Source: Elsinoe ampelina
Taxonomy: Eukaryota
Direction: 5' to 3'
DNA: 58,335 nt
NCBI GenBank assembly: GCA_010093995.1
Contig: ML992532.1
Span: 1-58,335, forward strand
A program made the translations under genes and the position numbers. Every line of letters starts with the position of its first letter. Within the stretch, counting starts at the first letter, position 1. Positions 1-12,300 of this stretch are shown here, piece by piece. The notes under the pieces were generated by a model. It was not told the DNA's origin and searched no databases. It saw nothing but the letters and a program-made list of their open reading frames with translations.

Positions 1-412
1 CTCTCTTAAGAATCTAAGTCTTAAGCATTTTTACTAATCTAGATATAATAATAGTAATTAGCTAAAGGCTTATTAATTTAATTAATGTAATTAGCTTATT
101 TAAGCTGTTTAAGCTGTTTAATTAAAGGGTTAATACGGGCTACTATAGGTATTTATCTTAATGTAGCTAGTTTAGAATTTAGTATAGGCGGCTTAGTAAT
201 CTTTTTAATAATAACATGCTTAATTTACTATAGCTTTAAGTACTTTTGTAGAAGCGCCGGGCTTATAACCTGTTATAACTAGCAAATCAGATCGAGAGAC
301 GTGTGTTTTATTTAGAGAGTTACAATAACCGATTTATCTACTGTGCGTGCGCTGACTCATCAGTGCCAGTTCTTCAGTACCAGAGAAGCTGTACCAGCCT
401 TCCATTACAACA
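1..412 (-). mobile_element. 5' end of a RIP-mutated Copia-like LTR retrotransposon: LTR about 271-412, PBS 259-270, internal region running off the window
   Basis: 271-412 is bounded by TGTTATAA...TTACAACA, an 8-bp inverted terminus with one transition. On the minus strand it contains AATAAA (307-312) and is followed directly by GGTTATAAGCCC, the Copia/Ty5-type GGTTATGAGCCC tRNA-iMet-fragment PBS with one G>A change. 1-258 is AT/TpA-rich (RIP-like). Confidence 0.7.
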
Positions 413-785
413 CCAAGCTCCGGAGGCTCCGCCCTTGCGCACTCGACACGATTCGCCTTCCAGTCTGTTTGCTTCCTCCTGGTCCGCATTCTCCTCTTCC
501 AACGATAATCTTTTTATATTGAGCTGCAGTACCCGGCGTCAATCCGACTTGGCAGGAGCAGATCGTCTGCCGAATGAGCTGCAGATTCTCGTACAAGCAT
601 TGACAGAAGCAGTAGGTGGCAGTGATAAGCCTTGTATCTTGCTAAACTTGATATGGCACCTGCGGGGCAAAAACTCGACCTGGCAAGCAAGCAATGCCGC
701 CTCTTTGCGCGGGACACTACCAGATAAGTATGCTGTATAGCCTCTCCTTCTTCTCTCAGAAATCTACCTACCGGTACAACTCACC

Positions 786-2918
786 ATGGGTTTGACAAGG
801 GTTGGCCTTCTGGTCTTCGCAGCTAGTATCGTCCAAGCAGTACCTGTCTCCCGTCAAGAACCAGATCCCTTCGCCATCCTCGATCAGCAACGATGGGTCA
901 ATCCCGACAACATGACCTGGGCAGACTTCAAAGCACCGCCAGGCACCGATTGGTCGAACCCTGCAGTCAAAGGCTCCATTCGCAACTTCAACATTGCTCT
1001 CGTGGCCGTCGACTACCCTGATATGGACTTTGTTGTCACGAAGCCTGCACTCTCCGACGTGTTTGGGAATCCACAACCGATCATATCTGATCTGAAGCGG
1101 GAGGATGTCGTTTCATACTACCACGACCTGCTCAATGTGCCCCAAAGTCTGAACCAAGAGCACACCCTTCACGAGTACTGGATGGAGGATTCCGCTGGTA
1201 GGTACGGCGTCGACCTGACCGGATTCGGGCCATACAGGCTGCCCCGAAAGTCATTCCAGTACGGCATCGATGACACCAGGAACGGCTTCAACCCAGGAGC
1301 ATGCCCCGAGGCCCCTTGCTCAGTCGATTTGAGAACAGATGCACTAGGGGCATGGCGTGCAGAAGTCGGCAATGCCACGGCTGATGCATACGAGCTGGTC
1401 TTCATTCTCTCCGCCGGTCAAGACGAGTCATCCACATGGCAGGAATTTGGCGAGATGAAGTTCTTGACACGCGACGATGTGCCCCCAGAATTCGGTCCGC
1501 CAGGTAATTCTTCTCTTCCCGATTGGGCAGACACTCGATATGTCGACTGGACGTCTTGGGCATCCGCTGCTGCGATCTGGCCAAATGCTGGTAGGGGCTC
1601 CTCTACTCAAGCCGAATCCTCGGGTGCATCTACGTTTGCCCACGAGCTTTCCCATCTTCTCGGTATCGGCGACAACTACAACAATCCTTACGGGGTACCC
1701 GCTCGTCGAGCATATACCGGTCCCTGGTCGATGATGTCCCGCGGCAGCTTCAACGGACCTGGCGGCCCACACACGCGTTGGCAGATTCCTGCCCTACAAG
1801 GAGCAAGCATGGGTTCTCTGCACACCGTTCGTGACAAGACACAACTCGGCCTACTTGACAACTCCTCTGTTCTGACCCTCTCATCCTCTACCCTCGCTGC
1901 ATCTGGCATTCTCACCGCCGAACTGACCGCCCGTGCGATCGACGAACGCCCCTTCAACGGGCTTAAGGGGGTCCGCATCATGCTCCCAGCGGACCTCTCG
2001 CCATTTTGCAATGTGAGCACTACCCCGCTCTGCGACGGCGGTGGTTACAATAATTATGAGCTTGAAGTCATCGACCGTATAGGTCAGGACAGTTTCACTC
2101 CCGACTCGGGTGTCATGATTTCCAAGACCAAGACCAGCGATCGACCTCAGCCTTTCCAGTGGACGATCGATGCCAACCCGCAAGACATCAACGTCGTCGA
2201 CTTCTACCGTCCTGATGGGACAGCCAGCATGCTGACCATCGGCGACTACCGACAGCTGGCGGATGCACTATTCCATGCCGGTACAAGAAGTGGCAGTGAA
2301 TTCGAATACGTCGACGAAGCCAACGGGTTGCATCTGTACGTCATCAGCCCTAGCAGAGACGAGTCTGGCGTGCTCAGATACGTCGTCGCTGCGAGGTCTC
2401 TGGCAGGTTCAGGGCCTAGCACAGTCGGTGTCGAGGTCGCCGAGGGCAAGGCTCGTGGCTCAGCAAATGGCTTGGGGACGACTTGTGATTTCGAGTTGAC
2501 CAACACTGGCACCTACAGCGCAGGTAATGCAAGCAGGGAGTTGGTGGACTACTTTGGCAGCGATGTGTACAGACTCGAGGCCTCTGTGGATGGTGAAGGA
2601 TGGAGAGTGGAAGTGCCGAATGCGCTGGCGAGTGCCAAGTTTGGCGAGAGCACGACTGTCGGTGTTGCTGTTGGAGCTGGAGCTGGTATCGCGGGAGAAG
2701 CAGTGGTGACGCTGACGGCGACGAGCGAGAGCGATGCCACCAAGCAGGCCGTGGCTGAATGCAAAGTCATCGCCGGAGGATACGGGAAGAGGGACGCAAA
2801 GATTGTGGAGGGCACCACCGAAACGGGGCCTGTGGATACGGCCTCTGAGTTCACCCTGCCCGTACCGAAGAAGCGCGAGGTCATTACGGAGGCGGGCGAT
2901 GTGACGATCTGCCCGTAA
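786..2918 (+). CDS. Secreted M6-family (immune inhibitor A-like) zinc metallopeptidase, intronless
   Basis: 710-aa ORF with a signal peptide, the HELSHLLGIGD (HExxHxxGxxD) zinc motif, a WSMMSRGS Met-turn and a YWMEDSAGRYGV block typical of M6-domain proteins. Confidence 0.85.
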   Translation: MGLTRVGLLVFAASIVQAVPVSRQEPDPFAILDQQRWVNPDNMTWADFKAPPGTDWSNPAVKGSIRNFNIALVAVDYPDMDFVVTKPALSDVFGNPQPIISDLKREDVVSYYHDLLNVPQSLNQEHTLHEYWMEDSAGRYGVDLTGFGPYRLPRKSFQYGIDDTRNGFNPGACPEAPCSVDLRTDALGAWRAEVGNATADAYELVFILSAGQDESSTWQEFGEMKFLTRDDVPPEFGPPGNSSLPDWADTRYVDWTSWASAAAIWPNAGRGSSTQAESSGASTFAHELSHLLGIGDNYNNPYGVPARRAYTGPWSMMSRGSFNGPGGPHTRWQIPALQGASMGSLHTVRDKTQLGLLDNSSVLTLSSSTLAASGILTAELTARAIDERPFNGLKGVRIMLPADLSPFCNVSTTPLCDGGGYNNYELEVIDRIGQDSFTPDSGVMISKTKTSDRPQPFQWTIDANPQDINVVDFYRPDGTASMLTIGDYRQLADALFHAGTRSGSEFEYVDEANGLHLYVISPSRDESGVLRYVVAARSLAGSGPSTVGVEVAEGKARGSANGLGTTCDFELTNTGTYSAGNASRELVDYFGSDVYRLEASVDGEGWRVEVPNALASAKFGESTTVGVAVGAGAGIAGEAVVTLTATSESDATKQAVAECKVIAGGYGKRDAKIVEGTTETGPVDTASEFTLPVPKKREVITEAGDVTICP

Positions 2919-3074
2919 ACAATATGGCCGTGGATAAGTACACCAAGCATGACAATGAAAGTCTATTTCTATGTTCATGGCTGAAGCAAGTCTCGTGCTG
3001 TCGTGAAGAAATCCGATATGTGCAGCTGAAAACGACCGCTAACGCGATGCAATCCTACTAGACGTGATACCAAA

Positions 3075-4065
3075 TCATGCCTTGACCTCTTCCTCGCTCA
3101 CCGGTGAATCGGATCCGGCCTCCATGGCGCTTCTCTGTCTTTGCCATCGTCCACCCATGGGAGGGAACCACCAGCCGGGGTGGAAGACGGTGAATGCCAA
3201 TACTGCCAGCGCGATCATCATGCCGTCAAGGACCAAGAATTCCTTTTCGTTTCTCATGAGCGGGTTGCCCCATCCGCCAGCCATTTCTGGGAGACTGTGG
3301 TTGTCAGCACCGACTGGTTACCCATGCTGGTAGGACTTACCGGTATATACACCTGATCAACACCACGACGTAGGCGAAGATCTCGACACCCACAAACACC
3401 AAGAACTTCTTGTAGTTGACCGTCGGACCATTGCTGTACCCTCCCTGATTCTTGCTGACTACCACACCGTTCTTCTTTGCCTTCTTATGACGGAGCATGT
3501 AGTCGAGTGCCAACAGGCCGCAGACGGCCATGGTGACGACCTGGATCGCAATTCCAGTAATGATAAGGTTGTTGCCGGTGTTCAAGAGCTTCCTGTTCTC
3601 TGGGCCCGCAGCTGCTGCGATACCACCTCCTCCAGCCTGGACGATGATTGAGAAGACATCGAACCCGATGAAGATCCAAGTATACAGTCTCGGCTTAAGC
3701 CTGCTGCTCTCTGGCCCAACGTAGAGCACAATGTGCTTCAAGGACAAGTAGATGCCCGCCGCGATGAAACTAGGGGCCAACACCAAACAACAAATCTGGA
3801 TCTTGAATGCCGTCTGGTCCCACACATTGGCGTGCATCATTATCCGTCCTCCGTAGCCTATGGCTTCCATGATCGCTCCGCCAGCCAGGGCGACCATGAA
3901 GGACCACGAGCGGTGGTAGGTGCCGGCGCCGATGTGGAAGAGGGCACAGGCGGCGAACAAGGCGCAGAGGAACGCATTGCCGCCGAGGTTTGGAATGTAG
4001 CCATAAGTGGTGCGGGAGACGGGGCAGATGGAGGTGACTTCAGTGCAGAAGCGGCGGGAGGACAT
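3075..4065 (-). CDS. RTA1/RSB1-family 7-TM protein; exons 4065-3341, 3294-3075
   Basis: YGYIPNLGGN, EAIGYGGR, APSFIAAGIY, QAGGGG and IRCIYR|LPEMAGGW motifs. A 46-nt GT..CAG intron at 3295-3340 with a GCTGAC branch site joins two ORFs in frame. Confidence 0.9.
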
Positions 4066-4841
4066 GGTGGGCGGTCGACGAGAAGAGATGAAGATGTCGA
4101 AGATGGAAGGGAGGTAGAAGAAAAGTAGAAGGGGAGAGGTCAGATCAGTCGGATCTCAACTTGCCGGTGACAGGTGCAGCAAATCTCGTAGATCTGCAAG
4201 CGAAGGGCATGTGCTCCCTGATAACTTCCTGCGAGAAGACTGGGCCTTTGGGCGACGATAGGTGCGGACCATTTCCCATCCATCCGCCAAGTGCTTGCGC
4301 AAGAGAATGACAAGCGAATGACAAGGCCCCTAAACGGAGGAACAGAGATCCTGCGGCATGTCGAAAATCTGACGAGCATGAGCAAACGAACGGAGGTTGT
4401 TTTGGGCCTCGCTTAGCTTCCTTTCCAGGCGGCGCAGTAGGAGATGCTTCTGATCTTCTTCACCACAACTCCAGACTTGTTGTCTGGTGATAGTACGAGA
4501 TATAAGGTACACGTACAGCCATACCGTTGAACGAACGCGCCTCCCCCCTCTTCTTCACCGTCTTAATCTCAGCGCAAATGCGTGAAATGGGAGAGCAGCC
4601 CAGAGGAATGCTAGGCGACCCACTATTGAGCAGCTGCTGTACGCGCAAAAGTCGCCCGATTGAGAAGCCGCTGTACGCGCATGATATGCTTTCTCAGGAC
4701 TAGCTCCGTGACGGGTTCAAGACAAGCTTTCGCATCCTCCACAATTGGCCCCCTGCCGTTTCTCGACACGCGACGGTACAGTAAACAGAAGGGACCACTA
4801 CCTTACTCTCTCTACCACGTCATCGTCAACAACACCACATC

Positions 4842-5135
4842 ATGTCCACCCAGCGCTCGACATCTGGTAGTACTAGCCGCCTTTCTACCCTCCCGGCGTC
4901 AGCGACAAAGCAGCGTCAGCTCTCCCACCTCCATGCCCAACTCGCCCAATTGACAGCGCACATGAGCGACTTGGAGAATCTGCTGAGGATGACGGCGGTG
5001 CAGGCCGAGAGCATGAGAGGCCTAGGAGGCTACACAGGTGGCATGTTCATGGCTGCTAGCAAGGTGCTTGGGGAGGAGACATTCGCGCAGGCTGAGCGAG
5101 GTGTAGAGAAGGATGTGGAAAACAGAGGAGGATGA
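4842..5135 (+). CDS. HSK3: DASH/Dam1 complex subunit Hsk3-like
   Basis: 97-aa ORF with KQRQLSHLHAQLAQLTAHMSDLENLLRMTAVQAESMRGLG, characteristic of fungal Hsk3. Confidence 0.85.
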   Translation: MSTQRSTSGSTSRLSTLPASATKQRQLSHLHAQLAQLTAHMSDLENLLRMTAVQAESMRGLGGYTGGMFMAASKVLGEETFAQAERGVEKDVENRGG

Positions 5136-5340
5136 GAGACGGGATACAGATGGCACACACAAGATTACAACATGATGGCAACAACGAGGAATATGTGAGC
5201 CGACGAACACAGCGACCATCTGGCATGTTCGTGAATCGCTATGGATGAGATCAGGCCACAGCGGAAGCCACAAGATAGCTCGCTGCCCGAGCTGTTGTGT
5301 CCATAGCGCGTGGCGGCCTCTATTGAAGAGCAAAGGCCCA

Positions 5341-7262
5341 CTACGCCTTTGCGGCCGACAGCCTCTTCTCCTCGGCTTCGAGAGATTCTTTGGTCGGTAG
5401 CGGCACAGCCCGGTAGAGGAGGATGAGAGCAGAGTGTGTTTCACCTGTGAAAGAGTCAGCCTGAGAACAGACATGACAAGGGAAAAATGGACTTACCACC
5501 ACCGCACAAGGTCTCGATCTTTTCCGCATCCACCTCTGAAACCTTGTCGTCGTTGAACCACCACCACTTATTCTCCACCGTCCCGTCCTTCTTCGGTCCC
5601 TTCTTGACATACGCCGTGTAGTGACCGCTGTCTGCACTTCCACCTTGATGTGTAACGACGCCGCAGAGTTCATACAGACCCGTCTGATTCGATGCTTCAT
5701 CGGCCGCCAGTTCCGGGTCCACAACAGACAGAAGCTCTTTCTTCATCTCCAGCACCTTGGCTGCCCGCTCGGCATCGATCTCCGCATCCGTCTTGTATGT
5801 CTCCGTTCCACTCATCTCCACGTCCTGGCCGTTCTTCTTCTCCTCCTTCTTGGAACCGCCTTCCTTGGTCTCGCTCTCCTTCTCCTTCTGTCGCTCCGCC
5901 GCAGTCTTCTTCGTCAGCGGCTCGCTGGGTCCGAGTGCGTCCAGGTCGGCTGCCTCCTTTTGTATCCTCTTCTGCCTCTTCTTTGCACGCTCAACATCTT
6001 CCTCCTCTTTACGCACCTCTCGTATCCGATCGCGGACGGGGATGATCTGCTTTCGGAGTTCCTCGGTGCAGAACTCGGCAATGTCAAACTCCATTGGGAA
6101 AGTCACCTTGCGCATGATCTTTGCTTTCTTCTGAGTGTCGCGGCGCCAGAAGAAGCGGACAAAGTGGACGGGGAGATACTTTGGCAGTCGGCTGATGCGG
6201 GATGCTTTGGTGTATGTCGCTTCCCTGTTCAATGATGGGGACTGCTTCTCAATGGTCTCGTTAAGACCAATGCTGACGCCTTCCCGCATGTGGTTGGTAT
6301 CTCCTCGGATATTGCAATCGAGCTTGAAAAAGACATCTTGACTCTTGACCGGCTCTTCCTTGGCTTCTGCGTCGTCGCAGACCATGGTCTGGTCGAATGT
6401 ACCGGCCAGATACTTGTCCACCCAGTTGTTCGTACGAGGCGGAGTGGTCTTGTTGTCGCCTTCCAATCTGAGCTTTTGACGGAGCGTTTGTACGATCGAT
6501 GACCAAGCCTCTTCTGCATCCTGCTGTGCGAATCCGCGACCATCTTTTGCCTTTTGAGCGAATTGAGGAAACTGTGACCGGAGGGAGTTGAGAAGTAGAA
6601 GGGGTGGGAAGCCTTCCTGCGTTTCCGACATTTGCTTGTAGAGATCGCGCAGGGATCCGGTGAGATCAAGTGAAGAACCACCCATGTTGAAGTCGCCGAG
6701 CATGTTGTTTGAAGCTGACCCGGATGCTGAGCTGTACTGCGTTAGCTTGGAGCTCGTCGTGCCAGGCCTTCAACTTACCTGTCTTTGTACTGTGACAGTG
6801 CGTCGTTCAGTTCAGGAATCACTCGTAGTGTTTGCAAGGCCGAGTTGAGGTAGCAGGTATTGCCCAGATTCTGCAGACCCGCAGGGGTGGCACCATCCTG
6901 CTGTGCGAGTTCTGCTTCCGTCATGTCCTCTGCAAACTTAATCTGCTCCGTTGGTCGCGTGATGGTGCTCGATGCATCTCCAGACGGCGTGCCCATCATC
7001 ATGAATGTCTGTCCTTTCTTCGCATTCAGGGACGACAGAGGGGTGTCATCCTTGAGTTGGCCGCCCTTGATCAAGATCTTCTGTCGCTCTGGTTCGACGT
7101 TGGTCAGAGAGTATAGCTGCATTTTGAGCTCCTCGCCCGTGGCCGATGGGTCAAGCTCGACCTCATGCTTCTTGCCCTGGTGTTTGATGATGACTATTAC
7201 ACGTGTTAGCTGCCGAAGCGGTGAATAGCCCGCGCAAAGTACTGACCTGGAATCGACGCCAT
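5341..7262 (-). CDS. UBP6: Proteasome-associated deubiquitinase Ubp6/USP14; exons 7262-7247, 7193-6779, 6731-5497, 5444-5341
   Basis: N-terminal UBL (VEPERQKILIKGGQLKDD), Cys box GLQNLGNTCYLNS, QQDAEE and His box THQG..ADSGHY. Three canonical 47-53 nt introns give a continuous frame. Confidence 0.95.
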
Positions 7263-7716
7263 GGTTTCTGTGTCGTTCGAGATGGCCTGTGTCAACACAA
7301 GTGTACACAACAGTGTGAGGTGATGAGAGTCGATGAAGCGCTAATGACACAGGAATCTATATGATGAGCGACGGAGAAGTGATTGAAGTCGATAGCCGGT
7401 TCTGGAATTTTGTTTGGACAGGCGATGTCATCGGTGTACAGGGTCTGCCGACATTAGCTGAGCTTGCCCTCCTCTCTCTGCCCCTCCACCGCCTTCTTCT
7501 TTTGCCCGTGCCTCCGCATGTTCGGGGCATCATTACTGTGCCAAGGCGAGCTTCGTCGACTTCACGCTTGTCACCTTGACAGACACAATTATATTCAATT
7601 GCTCATCGCATCCACCACTCAGCTAAAGACTGCGAGTCACTCCGAACCGCTCTGCAGTGAACCCTCGCAGTCAATTGATATCTCAGTGACCGCGACGCTC
7701 TCCGAACAGTCTCAAA

Positions 7717-8417
7717 ATGGTAGGGGAACATATCCATGGCTTGGTGCCTGAACTGACGACCATTCAGTCGCAATCACTACGGCCATACCTGCAATGTGTT
7801 CGATCTTCTCTTACAGCCGCCATGTCACTTTCCGACTTTGCCTCTCAAACAGCTGAACGACACAATGTGCCCGAAGTCGAAGCTCAGACGTCGCCAGAAG
7901 TCCTGCTGAATCCCCTCACCGTGTCGAGAAACGAGAATGAGAAGGTCTTCATCGAGCCGAGTATCAACAGCGTGCGGATCAGCATACGGATCAAACAGGC
8001 GGACGAGATTGAGCATATTCTGGTACACAAGTTCACAAGGTTCTTGACACAAAGAGCGGAAGCCTTCTTCATCTTGAGGAGGAAGCCGATCAAGGCAGGC
8101 ACAACGACAAGCAAGACCCAAAGACTTGGCTGACTTACATAGGGCTACGACATTTCTTTCCTAATCACCAACTATCACACCGCGGAGATGCTGAAGCACA
8201 AGCTGGTCGACTTCATAATACAGTTCATGGAAGAGGTAGACAAGGAGATTTCGGAGATGAAGCTTTTCGTACGTGTAATGTCTACCACATGCAGAGCACC
8301 TATTGACAGACAATAGCTGAATGCGAGAGCTCGATTCGTTGCTGAATCATTCCTGACACCTGTATGTACGCCGCGATGTCGAAGCCGGCGACGACTAATA
8401 TCTGCCAGTTCGATTAA
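7717..8417 (+). CDS. ARC19: Arp2/3 complex subunit 4 (ARPC4/Arc19); exons 7717-7719, 7768-8094, 8143-8268, 8317-8361, 8409-8417
   Basis: The spliced product reads [13 protein letters not shown]...ERHNVPEVE...[20 protein letters not shown]...[29 protein letters not shown]. It has an ATG-only first exon and one GC-AG intron. Confidence 0.95.
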
Positions 8418-9371
8418 AGTGCAGCATCGATGAGTCGACAGCTCATAGTTTCTGGCGCTCTGGCCCTTGATGATCAATCTTAGCGACAAAAGAATTCAAC
8501 GCTTCCATCGACGACCAATGCGCCGCCTGCGATGTGACGGCGCAGTAGTACACATAGATGAATGTAACGTGATCAAGAGTTCCTCACAGATGTCACAGTC
8601 CTTGAATATGTAGTTTTGGACCAGGTAAGCAAGGTGAAGTCATTCAACTATCTCTCACTCCCTCTGCTTTGATCATGAAACCTCCGCCTGCAACCCGGCG
8701 GCCAAGATTATGCATTGAGATATCAAGAATTACTCCCCGCTGCCTCTTGTTTCAGGCTTCGTCCGATCCGCCCTCCCAATTCCCACCGCTATGGTAGCCA
8801 ATGGATTGCGTCAATCCAACCACGTCAGAGCCGCAATATCAAGCTCAGGCCAGGCACATGTCACATCACCACGGCGATGCTCGTCTTTTCACAAAGAGAT
8901 TCCTGCCTGGTATGACATTCACCCACCTTCTATTCGTCTTCTTTTACTCTTCAATAACACAACAATCGATCAGACAGATCAATTGCCCACAGCCAAACAG
9001 CTGTACAGTTCTGAATCATATTGTTGTATCTTTCTCTTGCCACATACCGACTGTCCGACATCCTCACCAACCCCGCTGCCGACTCGTGGCGTACCGCCAG
9101 CTGTCACGAGCATCGTCACCTCCGCCCCGCTCTGTTTGATATAGCGGGTAGTGCGCTGTCATTCAGTCCTTTGCAAATTACTACGTCGTCACAAGCTGGT
9201 AGCGGGATCGATCGGTGAGTACACAATTTTTCTATTTCCTCCGGCTTCAGCTTCACCTCAAAAACACAACAACGAGTCCCAACACCTCACATCACTGCTC
9301 GACGACTTTGCTGCGCTGCGCTGCGCTGCGACTGACTACTTGTTTACAATATCAATTGACAGATAGCTAAC

Positions 9372-12300
9372 ATGGAAAAAGGCAAGCATAAAATTCCACC
9401 GCCTCCAGACCCCAGGATGGTGATCGGCAACAAGGACTGCAAGAATTGCACCTCACTTCCCACACATCAACTCCTCCCCTGCAAACACACCGTGTGCGCA
9501 ATCCATGTTCGTCAAGCCGCCGAGATCTTTGGGCTTGGGGCTCCGAAATGCGCCGTGTGCAACGCGGTATGCGATCAATCCTCACTTCACTTCACTGTTG
9601 AGATTGCCTGACCATTCACAGATCGTCACTGGCTTGGGCGCTGCCCCTCTTGTTGGTAGCTCGCCACCAGCTGCTTTCCATCCGCTCTCACCAAAGTCCA
9701 ACCCAGTCTCCTCTCCAAGCAGCGCCAGCCGCCCAGGGTTTACCCCTCAGACACCAGTCCCCGGGCGCACCTTCCACCGCCGCAACACCACAAGCTATGG
9801 AGCCAGTCCCCCGGACATCCCTCGTGGGTATCATTACAGTCCAAGCACTGGTAGCCCTGACCGCACCTTGAGCTTGGGCACTCACTCCAACCGTCCCAAC
9901 TGGCTCAACCTCGACTCTGTCCCGGAAGACCCCTTCTACCAGTCCCCACCATCTTCAGGTGACGGCCGCTACGCTCAGACTCGTCCAGGTGCACAAAGCC
10001 CCGCAGGACTTGCTGCTCGCATCAAGAGTCGCAGTGGACGTGCTAGTGTCTCACCTGCTAGCAGTCGCGGCGCTTCTCCTAGCCCTGCCGGCTCTGGTAG
10101 ACGTCGTGGTCGGTTCAGCTTTGGCGCCGCCGCTGGTGATCCTCCCATCCGTCACTGGGACTCACATCTGGACGATGTTGTTCAGGACCCGCCCTTTATG
10201 CTCGCTGCGACTCATGGTGACGGAAGATTGCCAGGAATCGAAGAAGCTGTGTCTCACGTCCCCCTCACCAACCCGGCTATCCACCTCAAGGTCGCCGACA
10301 ATGGAGTCATCAAGATCATCAACGTGAGTCTCATACATCCAGGATTGGGGTCCTTTCAATCTAATTCAACATAGATCCCCTTTGAGTGTACCAAGCAGGA
10401 GATTCTCGCTGCCATCGGTCGCAATGCTCGTGTCGTTCACCAGCCACAGGGCACACCCTTCTACGCCATCCACATCATCATGGATCGCAACACCGGAAAG
10501 ACCAACGAAGCTTTTGTCGAAGTGGACAGCAAGGAGGCCGCCGAAGATGTCATGACTCACTATCATGATCGTCGTCAACGTGGTCGCGCTCCAAAGATTG
10601 GTGATCGCCATGTCGTCATTGAGCTGTCCGACATGCCAACCCTTATGGCGAAGCTCTTCCCGAAGGCCATTTCCCTTCAGTGGTGGGGATCCATTCCAGT
10701 TCCCTTCAAGCCTGCCGATGGCTTCACCACCGGCTTCCGCGGCTTCATCACGATTGAAGAGTGCTCTCAGTTGACAAAGCATGCGGAGGAACCCAAGCGC
10801 GTACGTTGTCTGTCACCTCATTTGATCCCACCTGCTAATCCTACCAGTCTCCCTTCATCAGCCGCTCCTCTAACCGTGTCTATGAGGCGGTTATTAGCAT
10901 CGTCCACAAGTATCCATGGTACAAGCCTGAGCTTATCACCATTGGTGAGCGTGCCATTCTCTTCAAGGCCGCCAAGAGCATGGTGCGCTTGCTTATCAAG
11001 GGACTCGTCTCTGGTGCCGACTCTAACCTCATCACTCCACTCCTGCTTCAGGAGCTTGTGTGCGCGGTCGTCACGGTAAACTTCAGTCACTCGCAGAAGC
11101 ACGAAGTCGTCCAATTTGTCTGCAAAGCTGGCTTTACTGAGATCATTCACAATGTCGGCTATACCCCTGTCGGTGAATGTTCCGCCTACTGGCCTTTCTT
11201 AGTCCTGGATAAGAAGAAGGGTGTCAGGGTCGAAGTAGTTCAGGTAAGTCATGGCGCTCAAAATGCTGTTCATCTGCTAATCTGCTATCAGTTCTACGCC
11301 TCACTCTTCCACAAGGCCAGCATCCTCGCTCACGATGCAATGCTCACCGAAGAACAAGCTGCAGCGGTCTCAGTCAACCCCTTTGGTGCTCTCGTTGTTG
11401 CCTACCCGGACAACATTAGGGAGCTTGATCTTGTGTCGGTCGCCGCTCTTGACTGGGACACGGTTGTCCGAAGCCTACAGCGTGTGCTTAAGAAGAGTCA
11501 GCTGCCAGACATCACCGACTCTACCAGCTCGAGCTCTGTTGTTCATCAGTCTTCCAAAGCTTCCGCTGCATCTTTCAAGTTCGGTCCTCCCTCTGCTGCA
11601 AGCGGACAGTCATTCAAGAAATCATCCGCCGGCTTCGGTGGGAACCCGGCTTCACCCCCACCCAGTGCGTCTTCAAGGCATGCCAGGGTCAGCCCGACTG
11701 GTTCATCTCCTGCTTCACGCTTCGCTTCTGCCGCCAAAGACTCCGACCCCATCAAGCTGTCCGAGTATGCAATGCCCTCTATCGCCAGTATTGCTGGTCT
11801 TGGAGCCCCCGGTTTCGCCAGTCCAGGTCTTCATACCCCTTCTGCCGGGGGTGTCGCACTTCCCCCAACCGTCGCTGGCAAGACCCAACCTCAGTCACCG
11901 AGTCCTGCAACCTCACACCAGCGCGATCCTGTCTTTGAAGATGACTGCATGGCTGATCCATTCATGCCTCTCAATTATGGTAGTGATCAGAGCAAGATGT
12001 GGGACAACAACTTCACTGGTCCTGGATACGATGCTAAGGGTAACTTGATCTATTCTCGCCCCAATGTCGTCAGTGCCAACAACAAGCGCTGGGAGAGTGT
12101 CATCTCCGATCTCCCCAAACGCAGGTCCACTACCAGTCATTGGCAGAACAAGCGATCAGGCCTCGTCCTCCCTCCTGGCATGAAGCTATCTGTCGAGGAT
12201 GAGGCGAAGGATGTCAGCGACATCGAATCTTCTCCCCCTCGCCGTCAGTTCGACCCCACCCCAGGTGGCCATTTACGCAGCGGTTTCACCTCAAGTCCAC

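Noticed and set aside
303..740. 145-aa ORF upstream of the protease
   Set aside because: It has a non-ATG start, overlaps the LTR and promoter, and has no motifs.
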